Below, one piece after another: positions 35,853 through 47,812 of a stretch of 64,000 bases of DNA. Position 1 is the first letter of the stretch, and the number at the start of each line of letters is the position of its first letter. The position numbers and the translations under genes were made by a program. The stretch is from Albugo candida (lineage: Eukaryota): positions 124,001-188,000 of the forward strand of contig JBDOQK010000063.1 in the NCBI GenBank assembly GCA_040437565.1, read 5' to 3'. The notes below the pieces were generated by a model. The model did not search any database, had not been told where the DNA came from, and saw only the letters and a program-made list of their open reading frames with translations.

Positions 35853-36713
35853 ATGGCTTTTGAGATTCCTTTGATTATCGAAAACGAATTGCGTGAGGGC
35901 ATATATCGCGTAGTGACACTTATTCCATCAAAACTGTGTAAAACGTTTACTGATCGTTATGAACTGGTTGATGTGTTTTATAGAACGTTTGCTGATTTTG
36001 ATTCTGCAGAAGTTGAAAGATTAAAGGGGCTTGTTGCTCAAGGACCTTTTAGAGATCCAATTGTCAAGTTTTTAAACGATGGTTACAAACTTGTATACAT
36101 GAGATATGACGTGCTCTATCAGGGCCTTAAAAAGCTTCCTAATAAGGTCGTTATTCTCAAGTGGGAATGGCCGAGTCTTATGCCATTTCTGAGCAACGAG
36201 ACACAGGATACGACGTTGAATATGAATGACTTCACTTTTTATGATCGCATAGTTGAATTTCCTCAACCTTCTTCTAGCTTTGGTCAGGTGGAGGCTACAA
36301 TTCAAGTAGGTGAAGAAAGCTATAGAGCTCAAACGGTGGCCTTAGTTTATGAGCTTTTTCATATCTTTGTTCCGGAAACGATTTATCCCGAGTTTTTACG
36401 TCCACTTGGAATGAGATTATATGATGTATCCCCTACGAAACCAATATGCGTCGAGTGCGATCGCGTTCTGAGAACAAAGTTTCCGACTATATCTATCAAA
36501 GTACCAAATAAGCTCAACGTATGGGAAATCACTCCCACGGATTACTTTGTGAGAAAAGGAGACGACAATCAGTGCTGTTTGGTTCTCAAAAGTAATGGTG
36601 AGAGCGAAACGTGGCGCTTGGGTTCTGCATTTATCAAAATTTACAGTACCGTGTTCCGAATTACACGTGGAAGAAAATTTCAATTTGGATTAATTAGAAA
36701 CGAAAGACCTTAA
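35853..36713 (+). CDS. Pepsin-fold (A1 aspartic protease-like) protein lacking catalytic motifs
   Basis: C-lobe pattern IFVP...VEC...FPTISI...EITPTDYF...QCC...WRLGSAFIKIYSTVF. No D[TS]G motif is present. The 5' end is unclear, and 35379-35661 duplicates the sequence after the gap. Confidence 0.55.
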   Translation: MAFEIPLIIENELREGIYRVVTLIPSKLCKTFTDRYELVDVFYRTFADFDSAEVERLKGLVAQGPFRDPIVKFLNDGYKLVYMRYDVLYQGLKKLPNKVVILKWEWPSLMPFLSNETQDTTLNMNDFTFYDRIVEFPQPSSSFGQVEATIQVGEESYRAQTVALVYELFHIFVPETIYPEFLRPLGMRLYDVSPTKPICVECDRVLRTKFPTISIKVPNKLNVWEITPTDYFVRKGDDNQCCLVLKSNGESETWRLGSAFIKIYSTVFRITRGRKFQFGLIRNERP

Positions 36714-37311
36714 GTGGATCAGCCTGACAGATCTATACTCTGTAATATAATGCTTCAATTGATCATCATCATGCGAGTTCTTTATCTTCAAACAAATGAT
36801 GCTTTCTCGGCTACTAGTAGGAAGCTATATTGCAAGACTCACCGTAGATCAGACGACTACAATTGTGTGGAGCACGCCAGTACAGGCATGTCAAGGTATA
36901 TGGTAATGATTATGTATTCACACTATCTTAGTCGTTGATTGCTTTGTGTGTGAGATCAGAAACGCGTTCATAACAGCTTCGTCAGTTGCCGAGAAAGTGG
37001 ACCACATCCTCTTTTGTATCCGCAAGTCCTTTATAGATGAGCTCAACTCCTTCACAATTACATTTCCCTCCAACCATACACTCTTTGTTGTATACTTTAT
37101 GACCAAAAGATGCAAAAGGTACATTCGTATTCAAACTCTTTGAGTTTGATTTCTATCCATTTCATCAGCTTTCGATCGCTCCCCTTCGACCTGCCAGAAT
37201 GCGTCAAAAGCAATTGAAATGTGCGTATCCAAATGTGCACATCGTCAGAGCCGCACAGTTACTACTTCTCAACCTTCACCTAACGCCTACGCTATAAATA
37301 CCCTCGCGTTC

Positions 37312-38323
37312 ATGTCGGAGAACATTGAGGATGCTGCGGTGAGCGACTTTTTACGTATCTTGGATGAGCATCGAAAAACGTGTGAGCGACAAGGAAAGTA
37401 TGTTGAGGCTCAAGTCGCAAAGAATCGCCTACAAGAGCTTAAATTTCATGAGCACACTCGTCGAATTGAAGCGATGCGGTCTCGGCAAATCGCAGACCGA
37501 CTCGGAGTGGAAGAAGCGCATATGCTCGAACTGTACCAATTCAATGAAGCTTGGGATCGAAAGATTCAAGAATATCAAGACAATATCGAGCGGTTGGAAG
37601 GCAATCTGAAGGTGCTTGTGTGCATTTATTCGCTTTATATTGAGCAAAATTCTCACTGTATTGCGTTAGGAAAAGCAACAAAATGAGCTCTTTGCTTTCA
37701 AAGAAAAGCTAACCGAAAGTCAAAGCAAAGCAAAGTACTCGAAAGATTTACTCAATTTGCGTCGTATTGAGGAAAGACTCGTTCGTGTGAAAGAGTACGT
37801 TTTATTCTGTATGCTGAGAGGCTGAAATTGATACTTGGATTGAGTAAGTTATACGGAGGCGCACAAAATCAAATCAAAAGCTGATGCGCTGGTTATGCGT
37901 TCGATATTCGTTATGTGAAGCGTTTAACGCTGATAAGTTGATACGTTTGTAGGAAGCTTGGGAGATAACAAAGTGGCAGCAGGAAAAAATGCAAGAAATA
38001 GCTCAGAAGGAATATAATTTCAAGACGCGACAAAAACAGGATGTAGAAGCATTACAAAAGCGAGTGCAAGCTGGAAGAAGTGAATTGACCAAACAACGGC
38101 AACACGATCTCGAGCGGTAGACAATATGAGAATTTGTCTTGTGACCGAGTTTTGATTTATTGTGCGTATGTGGAATAGCTTGTTACAGCGATACCACAAT
38201 GTGAAGGCAGAGCTCCAGCAACAACAGAATTTAGAGCGTGTTCGGAATGAGCGATTTTCACCGCTTTCGATGCGTTCGACGTTGAGAAAAAAAAATAATG
38301 AGACACTTCAACTACAATTCTGA
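37312..38323 (+). CDS. Coiled-coil protein of unknown function, multi-exon
   Basis: MSENIEDAAVSDFLRILDEHRKTCERQGKYVEAQVAKNRL. Successive GT-AG introns lead to LLQRYHNVKAELQQQQNLER and TGA at 38321. Confidence 0.7.
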
Positions 38324-39121
38324 TATGATTATTTACATGTAATTTCATAAACTTACTCGGTACAGTTAATTGTAACCGGTTCAGACATAAACGATGGTTA
38401 TTGATGTTGGGTACCTGACTGGCAGCTATTTATGTGGACTCGGTATTCTTGTGGTTGGAGTGATTGTACCTTTAATGTATATGGCTGTGCAAAATCGCAA
38501 AGCATTTCGATCCCTTCGACGTGATTAATAGCTTGGGAAGAGGTTGTGATTGATTGGAAAGATGCAACGAAGCGAAGCGCATATTGAAAGATGACACAAT
38601 TGATATGAAAAGTCAGTATATTAAGCAATACAACGCTGAAGCTCAAATGATTCTACTTCTTTCTTGATGTTTTTCTCTCCATGTACACGGCCAGATTCTT
38701 TTCTTAATCTCGACGTTGCAACACCGATCTGACGTATCTTATGAATTCGCTGTAAATTGAAGGATGGCGATACATTTGAGTATCTCGTTAACTTTAGCAT
38801 AAACTCCACATACCCCACAAACTATATTACATATGATGCAAAGATAGTTCACACTTTCTGCCTCTTCAATGGCTTTATCTATCGAGTGCATAGAATCCCA
38901 TCAGACAATATCCAAGTACACGTACTGCATCCATACTTAATTAAGACATTTGCTGAATCGCCAACTCCTTACTTTCACACGCCCGTGATTGGTATAACTC
39001 ATCATCGCTTTCAACTGCAGCTACTTTATTAATTTACTAAACAACTAATACTACTTTCCGCAAAAAGCGATAACCTCAATTTCGCATTTCAACAATTCTT
39101 CTCCATCTATTCGCTATCCAT

Positions 39122-40798
39122 TCAATCAAAATGACGGATTCGTTTCGAGGGAGACTCCACATTCTCATTGTGCTTCAGTTTCCTGTTCTTTGGAGGCAAT
39201 TTGTGTTTCCAAAGCGTACAATTTGCGAGATATTTTGGACATTTGTCATGTCGATTCGTTCCTCTGCATTTCTCATTCCCAGTCTTCTCGAATCCTTCGC
39301 ACCACGTCCATTGATAATGCTCGCAGCTTTTCACTTTCGATCCTTCATATATACGAGGCACAACTCGTACTATCACTGGTGGAATATCTTCCATCAATTG
39401 ACGTTCAAGTGCGTTTGTCGAGTCATTTCTTCCCCGATACGATTGTGATATTCCAAGTGCCCTTCGTTTCGCTTCTGTACATCGATTGCAAATTTGAAAC
39501 GCATTCATGAATCCATCCAAAGTGACTTGACCGTTCCTTTCTAAATCCATCGCAATAAACGCTCTCTGAGCTTCCATATAGAATTGAGATACGAGTTGCG
39601 AGGTATTCAATTCGTCTCGAAGCTGATGTTTTTGTAACATGAGCTCAAATCGGTCTTGAGTGAGTGTATGCATCAGCGGATCGCAAAAACTGTGAAATAT
39701 TTGCACCAATTTAAAGTCTGACAGATCCGGTCGAATATTGAATTTGGAGATTTTCTTCGTGCCTGAGATTCCAGTTGCTGTGATACTCAATGCAGAACCT
39801 CTTCTTGGATCAATAGAAATCTCAATCGGAAGTTGTCGTTTCAACGGAGCAATGGGAACCTTATAAGTGAAATTCATCTTTCCCGACGCGAACGCCGATG
39901 CAACTGCTGTCATTGTGTCCGTGTTGGTACGTTTCTTCGGCTTGCCCGTATCCGTTTTAATTGCAGGTGAAAATTGTTCCTCAGTTGTCTTTGCTGCTCC
40001 AATTGTCGGTGTAAGGAACGAATACATCTGATTGACCGCATTTTTGGATCCAATTGGAAACGTTATTTTGATACTACTTTTTCGTCTTTTTTGTGGAATT
40101 GCGATTGTTAGTGGAGTCATTACTCCTTCTTTGTGTGGAGACAAAAGCCCAAATAAATTGATTATATCGGGTATCTCATCATCTTCAAGTTCAGAATTGG
40201 AGTCTGAAGGGAATGTTCGTTGACTGTTGTATTGAATCTTCTCTTTTTCTGGCGATACAAACGGCAAATGTGTGCGTGTGGGAGGATGTAATGGCGAAAA
40301 CATGGAGAAGAAGCTTCCCGGTCCATTTGGTGATGCAAGTATTTCGAGAAATCGATCTCCTGATAGTAAATTCGCATTTTCTTTGACGTTGTGAATGACA
40401 TGAGAGAGTGAATATCTCCTTTCATTTAATTGTAACGTAACGTTATCTGTAGTCGTTTGTATCGCCACAAAAGGAGAGAGTGATGGTATTGATATTGTAT
40501 TTGTGTTGTGGTTCCATTTTTCTTCATTGATTTCGTTCATTCCGCTTAAATGACTGCATGCGATGCTTTCTACAGTGTCGGTTTCCAGAAAATCGATGAG
40601 AAATGACTCGGGATCGTCGCGTTCAAGAAGGGCAAGTGCTTTTCCATCCAATTCTTCGATACAATCACTCTGACTGTCCCATGTGTTTAACGCTAATTCA
40701 GAATCGATCCCATTTGTAGCAGGATTATCAATATCAAGATGCGAAGAATCATCAATATCAAAGAGGAAGCCTTCCGGTAATAATTCCAATAGCGACAT
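39122..40798 (-). CDS. 558-aa protein with acidic N-terminus, EF-hand-like loop and Cys/His-rich C-terminus
   Basis: Uninterrupted ORF. DLERNGQVTLDGF EF-like loop, CNRC, CEHYQWTWC...C...HDKC...C...H and a basic tail. Confidence 0.75.
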   Translation of the reverse strand: MSLLELLPEGFLFDIDDSSHLDIDNPATNGIDSELALNTWDSQSDCIEELDGKALALLERDDPESFLIDFLETDTVESIACSHLSGMNEINEEKWNHNTNTISIPSLSPFVAIQTTTDNVTLQLNERRYSLSHVIHNVKENANLLSGDRFLEILASPNGPGSFFSMFSPLHPPTRTHLPFVSPEKEKIQYNSQRTFPSDSNSELEDDEIPDIINLFGLLSPHKEGVMTPLTIAIPQKRRKSSIKITFPIGSKNAVNQMYSFLTPTIGAAKTTEEQFSPAIKTDTGKPKKRTNTDTMTAVASAFASGKMNFTYKVPIAPLKRQLPIEISIDPRRGSALSITATGISGTKKISKFNIRPDLSDFKLVQIFHSFCDPLMHTLTQDRFELMLQKHQLRDELNTSQLVSQFYMEAQRAFIAMDLERNGQVTLDGFMNAFQICNRCTEAKRRALGISQSYRGRNDSTNALERQLMEDIPPVIVRVVPRIYEGSKVKSCEHYQWTWCEGFEKTGNEKCRGTNRHDKCPKYLANCTLWKHKLPPKNRKLKHNENVESPSKRIRHFD

Positions 40799-41003
40799 GA
40801 AATACAGCGATCAGGAAAAGGTAAATTGATTAGTTAGCAATCCCCTACTTTGCCAAATTCCATTTCCGAAATCATAAAGAAAGAAGAAAGTGTATTTATA
40901 GATAAAGTATAGCAAATGAAATGTGTCGAAAATAGATTTTTTTTCGTTTTTGGCAATGTCGGAACCTTCGTAAAATAATATATATCAACTTGTACAGTCT
41001 GTA

Positions 41004-41483
41004 ATGACCGACACCAATCAGAGCGAACGCGAAGTAAATCTGGTTGATTTATCGTTGCAGCAGCTCAATTCGCTGAAATCTCAATTGGAAAATGAAGTCA
41101 AACAAATAGGAAACTCACTCGGTGGATTGTATGAAGCGAAAACGCGCTTCCAGCACTCGAAAGAAGCGATACAAACCTTACAAACGTGCGATAATAAAAA
41201 AGAGGTTTTGGTTCCATTGACTTCGTCCATGTTTGCATACGGTCAATTAAGTGCTACCGATGAAATCACAGTCGATATTGGAACCGGATACTATATGGAA
41301 TATAAAAGGGACGATGCTAAGAAATTTGTGGATCGTAAAGTGGAATTTCTCGATACAAACATCGCTTCCATTAAAGAGATTCTGGAAGGAAAGCGAAAGA
41401 CACTTGGTGGCGTCATGTATATAATGCAAGGGAAACTCCAATCACTTCAATCGAGTGAGACAAAGGCTAATGCTAATGTGTGA
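41004..41483 (+). CDS. PFDN5: Prefoldin alpha subunit 5
   Basis: LSLQQLNSLKSQLENEV, EVLVPLTSSMFAYG, VDIGTGYYME, AKKFVDRKVEFL. Confidence 0.9.
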   Translation: MTDTNQSEREVNLVDLSLQQLNSLKSQLENEVKQIGNSLGGLYEAKTRFQHSKEAIQTLQTCDNKKEVLVPLTSSMFAYGQLSATDEITVDIGTGYYMEYKRDDAKKFVDRKVEFLDTNIASIKEILEGKRKTLGGVMYIMQGKLQSLQSSETKANANV

Positions 41484-41717
41484 ATATAGCTTGTTAGTAT
41501 ACTTTTCAACTGCCAACGAATTAAAATGCTTTATGTCTTTAACCTCTCTATTGATGCGTCAATTTTCATACTGAAATGGTCGTTTGTTCGTTTCTGAAAG
41601 ATCAAGTGCAAGCAAACCTTCATTCCTACAACCACATTGCTTCAATAGTAGACCTATGACAATCATTTTGTGAAAATGCCGAAACACTTCAACTTCAACT
41701 TCAACTTTCACTTTGGA

Positions 41718-44700
41718 ATGAACATCATTCCTGAAGACAAAGAAGCGCGCGATACGGAAAATGAGATCCAACAATTGCGCTCTTTTATTGGTACGTTTAC
41801 TCGCAATATGCCCAAAACTACAGCCCAACGTGTTGCAAAGTGGAGATGATGCGCTCGGAAATGGAACTACTTGAGAGAATTCGCCAAAAAGAGCGCATTA
41901 TCAATGATATTAACCTCAAAGCAAAGGAATTTGAGGTCTCACAATCATTCGTTTGTCGCTATTTTCTCATTCAAAAGCGATAGAATTTCATCACAACGGA
42001 ACGAATGAGAGAAACACAATTAAAACACACGCTCAAATCAACGAAAACGAAATTGAAAACGTTGGAAGAAAAGAAATTATGTAAGTGATCATCATTCACA
42101 ATACAGAATTTCAATATTGCGACACAGTGGTGGAAATGAAACAAACGCAACTCAGAGGTACAGTGAGACTAGACGCGCAATCTCAATGGGTTCAATACTT
42201 TTGAAAACACAGACGTTCTGACGGCAATCGAATCGAATAAAAGCGAACTTGGAGCCAAAATCTCTCATTTACGATTCAGCTTGGGTGAAGAGCAAAGGGA
42301 TCTTAGACGCTGCATAGAGTATTGCGAAGGACTTGAAATCCTCACGAATTGTCTGGATGATGAATTGAGTCGGGGTATGTTTTGTTAATCAAGCAGAAGA
42401 GAAAGACACATTGATTCGATGACACTAGTTCTCAAAAGGATTCACTTAATGGCTCAAAGGAGTGATACACCGATTCAAAGAACACGGGCGAAAATGCGGT
42501 ACATGTCGGAACATCTTGGAGGTCTACAGCGGGAGCTTCAAGAATTGAAGACGACGAGAAAAAGTATCGAGACGGAACATAACAACGTGAATGATCGAAT
42601 AGAAAAAGTCGAAAAGGATCTCTCTGACAATGAAATTCAATTCCACGATTCATATTGCATGCAAATGGAAAAACTTTGTGCAATTGAAAACGAGAAAAGT
42701 GAGTGGGATTTTAATGCGATTTGTCTGATTGTCTGATTTGTTTGGTGGTAGAACTCCTCGCCAATCGGTTGAAATCAAGGCAGCAGAAATTCAAAATTTC
42801 TATGCAGAGTAAAAATAAGACATTGTGTCATCGAATGAGATTCGTCAAAGCGGGTGACAGAATTATGCGTAAAGCCTTTTTCAATGAGTGAAAATTCGCT
42901 GTGTCAGAGATGGAAGGCGTGTTTTTCTCAAATGAAGATGGTCTGTCAATGATACAAAAACTGAACAACAAACATGAAACGATACATTTTCGGTGTGTGA
43001 ATGCTCAACAGTTGTCAGAATTGCTTCTGCTTACTTGAGCGAAAACACAGGAGACTCCTTTTGAACGCTGAAATCGAATCACTGGAAGTACCGTCTCAAA
43101 TCTGAACGATGCGCTTGTTATTATTTGCTGTATCTCCGTACAGGCAGAAATGAACACAATTGCAACGTATCTCAATCACGCTAATCGGAAGAAGCTTTTT
43201 GATATTACGAAAATGCGAGTCACAGAGTCGGAGACCAAAGCAGCAGCTCGATTGTACACGAGCTCTATGGTATCGCTTAAGGTATCGTCTACAGTCAACA
43301 CTCATCGGATGCGTCTTACTGCTATTTTCATGCAGAATCAGCTCGATGAAGTGGAAGCTGACATCGATAATGCAAGTGTTTAAAAATGAGAACGTTCCAA
43401 TGATGATCATGTACATGTCTTAGCTCAAAACGGAGCAGAAAGGTCTACAAGCTCGACTTATGTCAATCGCACACGATGAAGATGAAAGAATATTTGAGGG
43501 ATACAAAGCAAGACTTGAGTGTATCACACATCAAAACAAACATTTAGAAGCAGAAGAATTGGAGCTTCAAAAAAGGAAAAGTCGATTAATTCACTTTTAT
43601 GATATCCAGAAACATGAAACTGAGAACATGCACGCTGCATACGTAAAATTCTTAAAAAACGTTCAAGAACTTGCTGCGGAGGAAGAAAGAATGTCTCTCA
43701 CTCTAGAGCAATGCATGGAGTTAGAAAAGCAACTCTGCAGATTTATTGAGGTACAAAACGGTATTATCGCTGGGAAAATTGAATGGCTAACGCGTTTCTT
43801 TGATAGAAGGAGAAGAGGCAAGTGCGCAGATACCTGTCGACATTTATTTGATAGTCACGGATTTTGATGTGAATAGTGTTGAGCAAATGTTGTTACAAAA
43901 GGCAGAAACACTGAAAGACGCGAAAAAGGAATTCTCCGATTTGATGCGAGAGACAGAACGGATACGAGATATTGAGAAAGCTCAATTGGAGACGAGTTTG
44001 CAAGTTGAATTGCAGCAACTCNNNNNNNNNNNNNNNNNNNNNNNNNNNNNNNNNNNNNNNNNNNNNNNNNNNNNNNNNNNNNNNNNNNNNNNNNNNNNNN
44101 NNNNNNNNNNNNNNNNNNNNNTTTTCATGCAGAATCAGCTCGATGAAGTGGAAGCTGACATCGATAATGCAAGTGTTTAAAAATGAGAACGTTCCAATGA
44201 TGATCATGTACATGTCTTAGCTCAAAACGGAGCAGAAAGGTCTACAAGCTCGACTTATGTCAATCGCACACGATGAAGATGAAAGAATATTTGAGGGATA
44301 CAAAGCAAGACTTGAGTGTATCACACATCAAAACAAACATTTAGAAGCAGAAGAATTGGAGCTTCAAAAAAGGAAAAGTCGATTAATTCACTTTTATGAT
44401 ATCCAGAAACATGAAACTGAGAACATGCACGCTGCATACGTAAAATTCTTAAAAAACGTTCAAGAACTTGCTGCGGAGGAAGAAAGAATGTCTCTCACTC
44501 TAGAGCAATGCATGGAGTTAGAAAAGCAACTCTGCAGATTTATTGAGGTACAAAACGGTATTATCGCTGGGAAAATTGAATGGCTAACGCGTTTCTTTGA
44601 TAGAAGGAGAAGAGGCAAGTGCGCAGATACCTGTCGACATTTATTTGATAGTCACGGATTTTGATGTGAATAGTGTTGAGCAAATGTTGTTACAAAAGGC

Positions 44701-44900
44701 AGAAACACTGAAAGACGCGAAAAAGGAATTCTCCGATTTGATGCGAGAGACAGAACGGATACGAGATATTGAGAAAGCTCAATTGGAGACGAGTTTGCAA
44801 GTTGAATTGCAGCAACTCGAAAATAAAGTAAGTTACTCGTCGTGAATGGAACTCTATTGCGATTTCCTTTACGTAGATCAAACAACTCAATGCAGACTGA
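41718..44900 (+). CDS. Long multi-exon coiled-coil protein (exon structure uncertain)
   Basis: Series of E/K/Q/L-rich exons separated by short GT-AG introns. 43325-44021 is duplicated at 44122-44818 across a gap. Confidence 0.45.
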
Positions 44901-45118
44901 GATCCCTTTTCTATGAATAAAATTGCACCAATTTACACCATGTGGCGACCTTATGTATCATCATCATCGATTCGATCTCCAGCTCTTTGCTACTGCCGCA
45001 GGCTCGACTCCTAGTCGGAATTGCTCGTACACACAACAATGAAGTCTAGACACCCAGCGGAATGACTGAATTTGTAATTTACGGAATCATACGACTCGTA
45101 CGTCTCGACGTCACATCC

Positions 45119-46006
45119 ATGTGGACACCACTTCAGTATGTTTGTGCGACTGGCAATTCATATCGCACCAAAGAAATCGTGAAAAAGCATCCAAATCTAT
45201 TGGAAGCACGAGGAGAGGCAATTAGCTCACAAAACGGAATGTCAATGTGATCTCATTTTGGATGTGATAGACCGCCTACGCGTACACTCCGCTACACATT
45301 GCCGCACGATACGGCCACACGGATATCATACAACTTCTCCTCTCTCACGGAGCCAATCGTTTGAGCAAAGAAGCAAAGGTGAAGATTTGTATTTGAATCA
45401 CTGGTTTCATCGACTTATGATAAGACAGTCAGGATGCACAGCTCTTCATTTTGCAGCGGCATATGGACACATGGAAGCGATACGAGCACTTCTCTCAATG
45501 GATTCGGTTTTCGTTACGACGAACGTACGTTCACTCACCTCAATACTTTTGGTAACACTATGTCTCCCACACAGAATGGAACACTCGCACACGACATTGC
45601 TCGTCGAAATGGACACTTCCATGCATCCAATCTCATCATAAGCTCTATGCGACAATATGAATGCTCCGCATTACTTCATTCGTGGCTGGCGAGTATCGGT
45701 CTCATTGAATACGCTTCCAACTTTGAATCTGCAGGATTAAACGACCCAGAATACATCCTCGAATACGGAATCAGTGATCAAGCACTTGCGTTCATGAATA
45801 TTCCCAAAATTGGACACTCTCAAAAGATAAAGTGTCTCTATCGTCTGCGAGAATTCCTCCAACAAAACAACAAAATCAACACATCGAATGACAATGATAA
45901 CGATTCCGAATCCTCCGACGTCGAAAGCCAAAGCAGTTTTGAAGACGGAGAAGCAATCGACACGGAACAAAATGTCAGCGAAAGCAGCAGCGAAATCCTA
46001 CATTAA
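45119..46006 (+). CDS. Ankyrin-repeat plus SAM-domain protein, four exons
   Basis: WTPLQYVC, YTPLHIAARYGH and CTALHFAAAYGH ankyrin repeats. WLASIGLIEYASNF...MNIPKIGHSQKI is SAM-like. First intron is GC-AG (45218-45270). Confidence 0.75.
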
Positions 46007-46857
46007 TGCAATGTATTGTTAGCAGCAGATATCGCCGCATTATAAATCGTATCGGGACTTGGTGGAAGTATCTCATCGGGCACTGCAAATGTTTTATCTT
46101 TTGGATACATCGATTTGTATACGACAATCGCTGCAATTCCAAGAAAACTCAACAATGCAAACAATAAAATCACACGATCCGTAGCCATACGTCTCGCAAA
46201 TGTCCGAATCAATTTATCAGCCCGTGTCAAACTATCTTCCATTCGCATCACTTCATCGGTAATCTGCACAATCTGTTGTCGTTGCTCACGAAGTTGTTCT
46301 CCTGTAGCAATCGCAACTTCCTTGGAAGCTTCCACCATTTTTTGTGTACTCATCAAACTCTGTTCCGTCTTCTTTTGGATATCCATCGATTTGTCCAACA
46401 TCTCACGATTTCCCATTCCAACTCCATCGCTCTTAAAGCTCGACGATCGATCACCAAACAATCCCGCGCGTTCCTTTTCCGCTTTTGCCCATTTCAACTC
46501 GCCATTCAACTCTTCTATTCGATTACAATGCTCTTGGAATTTCTATTATCAAACATATGACACAAAACATACAAAGGAAATGCGTGTGGAATACCTCACG
46601 ATACACGCGAGCGTCTTCGCGATTTGCTTGTCGGAGTGCGAGTTGGTATCCTTTTTTCAATTCCATTGCTTCTTTCAACTTTTTATCAGCTATTCCAAGC
46701 AACTAGAACGCGATCAGATGAGACACAATGATACGAGAATGGAGAATTCAACCTCTATTTTGACACCCGCTGGAGCTTTGGCCAATTTACTCATCGTCTC
46801 ATTCACTTTCTCAAGTGCATCCGTCAAATCAGCGTCGTAATACGTGACTTCACTCAT
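46003..46857 (-). CDS. Qb-SNARE (Vti1/NPSN-like), three exons
   Basis: MSEVTYYDADL start, helical N-terminal domain, SNARE motif ATGEQLREQRQQI...LTRADKLIRTFARRMATDR, then a TM segment. Confidence 0.8.
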
Positions 46858-47166
46858 TGCGACAGCACGTCTATCCACAGAGAAGAGACAAACGACAGAT
46901 ACAAACGACAGACACGGCGATGGTGTCGTTTGATGGCGCAAGTGACCGATTCTCAAAAACAGAAATAGAACAACGATTCAATGATGCGAGCAAATGGAAA
47001 AATACGATCTCTATATTTGTATACACTCCAATGCGAAAACACATTTGCACGCGAAATGCAAATGGAAATGGAATCGATTTGCGGTATTTGTGTGTTATCA
47101 TTCCATCAACTTTCCATTTTTGGCATTGGAATTGATTCAATAATACTGAAAAGAGACAACTTGCGA

Positions 47167-47646
47167 TTAAAACGACGGAGGTGCAAGTTTCGATTCCTCA
47201 TCAACAAACGGCAATCCACCACCACCAGCAACAGCTTCAGGACGTGGCGCAAGCATCTCCTGTACCATAATCCCAACACCTTCAATTGCCGCCAACAAAA
47301 CACCACCAATAACCGCTTGTCCTGCAGCAGCACGCGGTCCAGCTCGTGCCGCTAATGTCGCACCGGTTGCTGCACCTGCGAGAATGGAATTCCATGGATC
47401 TTCTTTGCGTCGTAAAGCCTCAAAGGAGCAGTCGTACGAAGAGAATAAAAGACCCCATACAGCAAAACCACCCGCCAAAACAGGAGTTCGCATTTTCGCA
47501 TTATACAAAGCGCCACGGAAACGCTGTCCCGAAGGCGAATTTCGTGCGCCTTTGAACATATACCAACCGGAGCCCAATACAGCGCCGAAGAAAAAACCTC
47601 CGCCAGTGTCTTCGACAATACGGAAGGGACATGGCTCACGTTCCAT
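47167..47646 (-). CDS. TIM17: Mitochondrial inner-membrane translocase subunit TIM17
   Basis: [61 protein letters not shown]. Confidence 0.93.
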   Translation of the reverse strand: MEREPCPFRIVEDTGGGFFFGAVLGSGWYMFKGARNSPSGQRFRGALYNAKMRTPVLAGGFAVWGLLFSSYDCSFEALRRKEDPWNSILAGAATGATLAARAGPRAAAGQAVIGGVLLAAIEGVGIMVQEMLAPRPEAVAGGGGLPFVDEESKLAPPSF

Positions 47647-47812
47647 GAGATTGTATGTCGTAAGAAGATGGCGATGGAAAGAAACGATCCAAGAAGGAGA
47701 ATGATTGTGAATGCTTTTGATTGGATACGCACCAGCCACATTGGAAATATCGGTAGGGTACCGGTTTCGGATAGAGGTGTAATTAATAGAAGGTTTGTGA
47801 GATTTTTTGGCA

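Noticed and set aside
38398-39032. Short ORFs between the coiled-coil gene and the EF-hand protein
   Set aside because: No convincing spliced model or recognisable domain.
46115-46840. 241-aa plus-strand ORF
   Set aside because: Antisense shadow of the SNARE gene. The same applies to other short ORFs opposite TIM17, RBM39, JMJD6 and QSOX.
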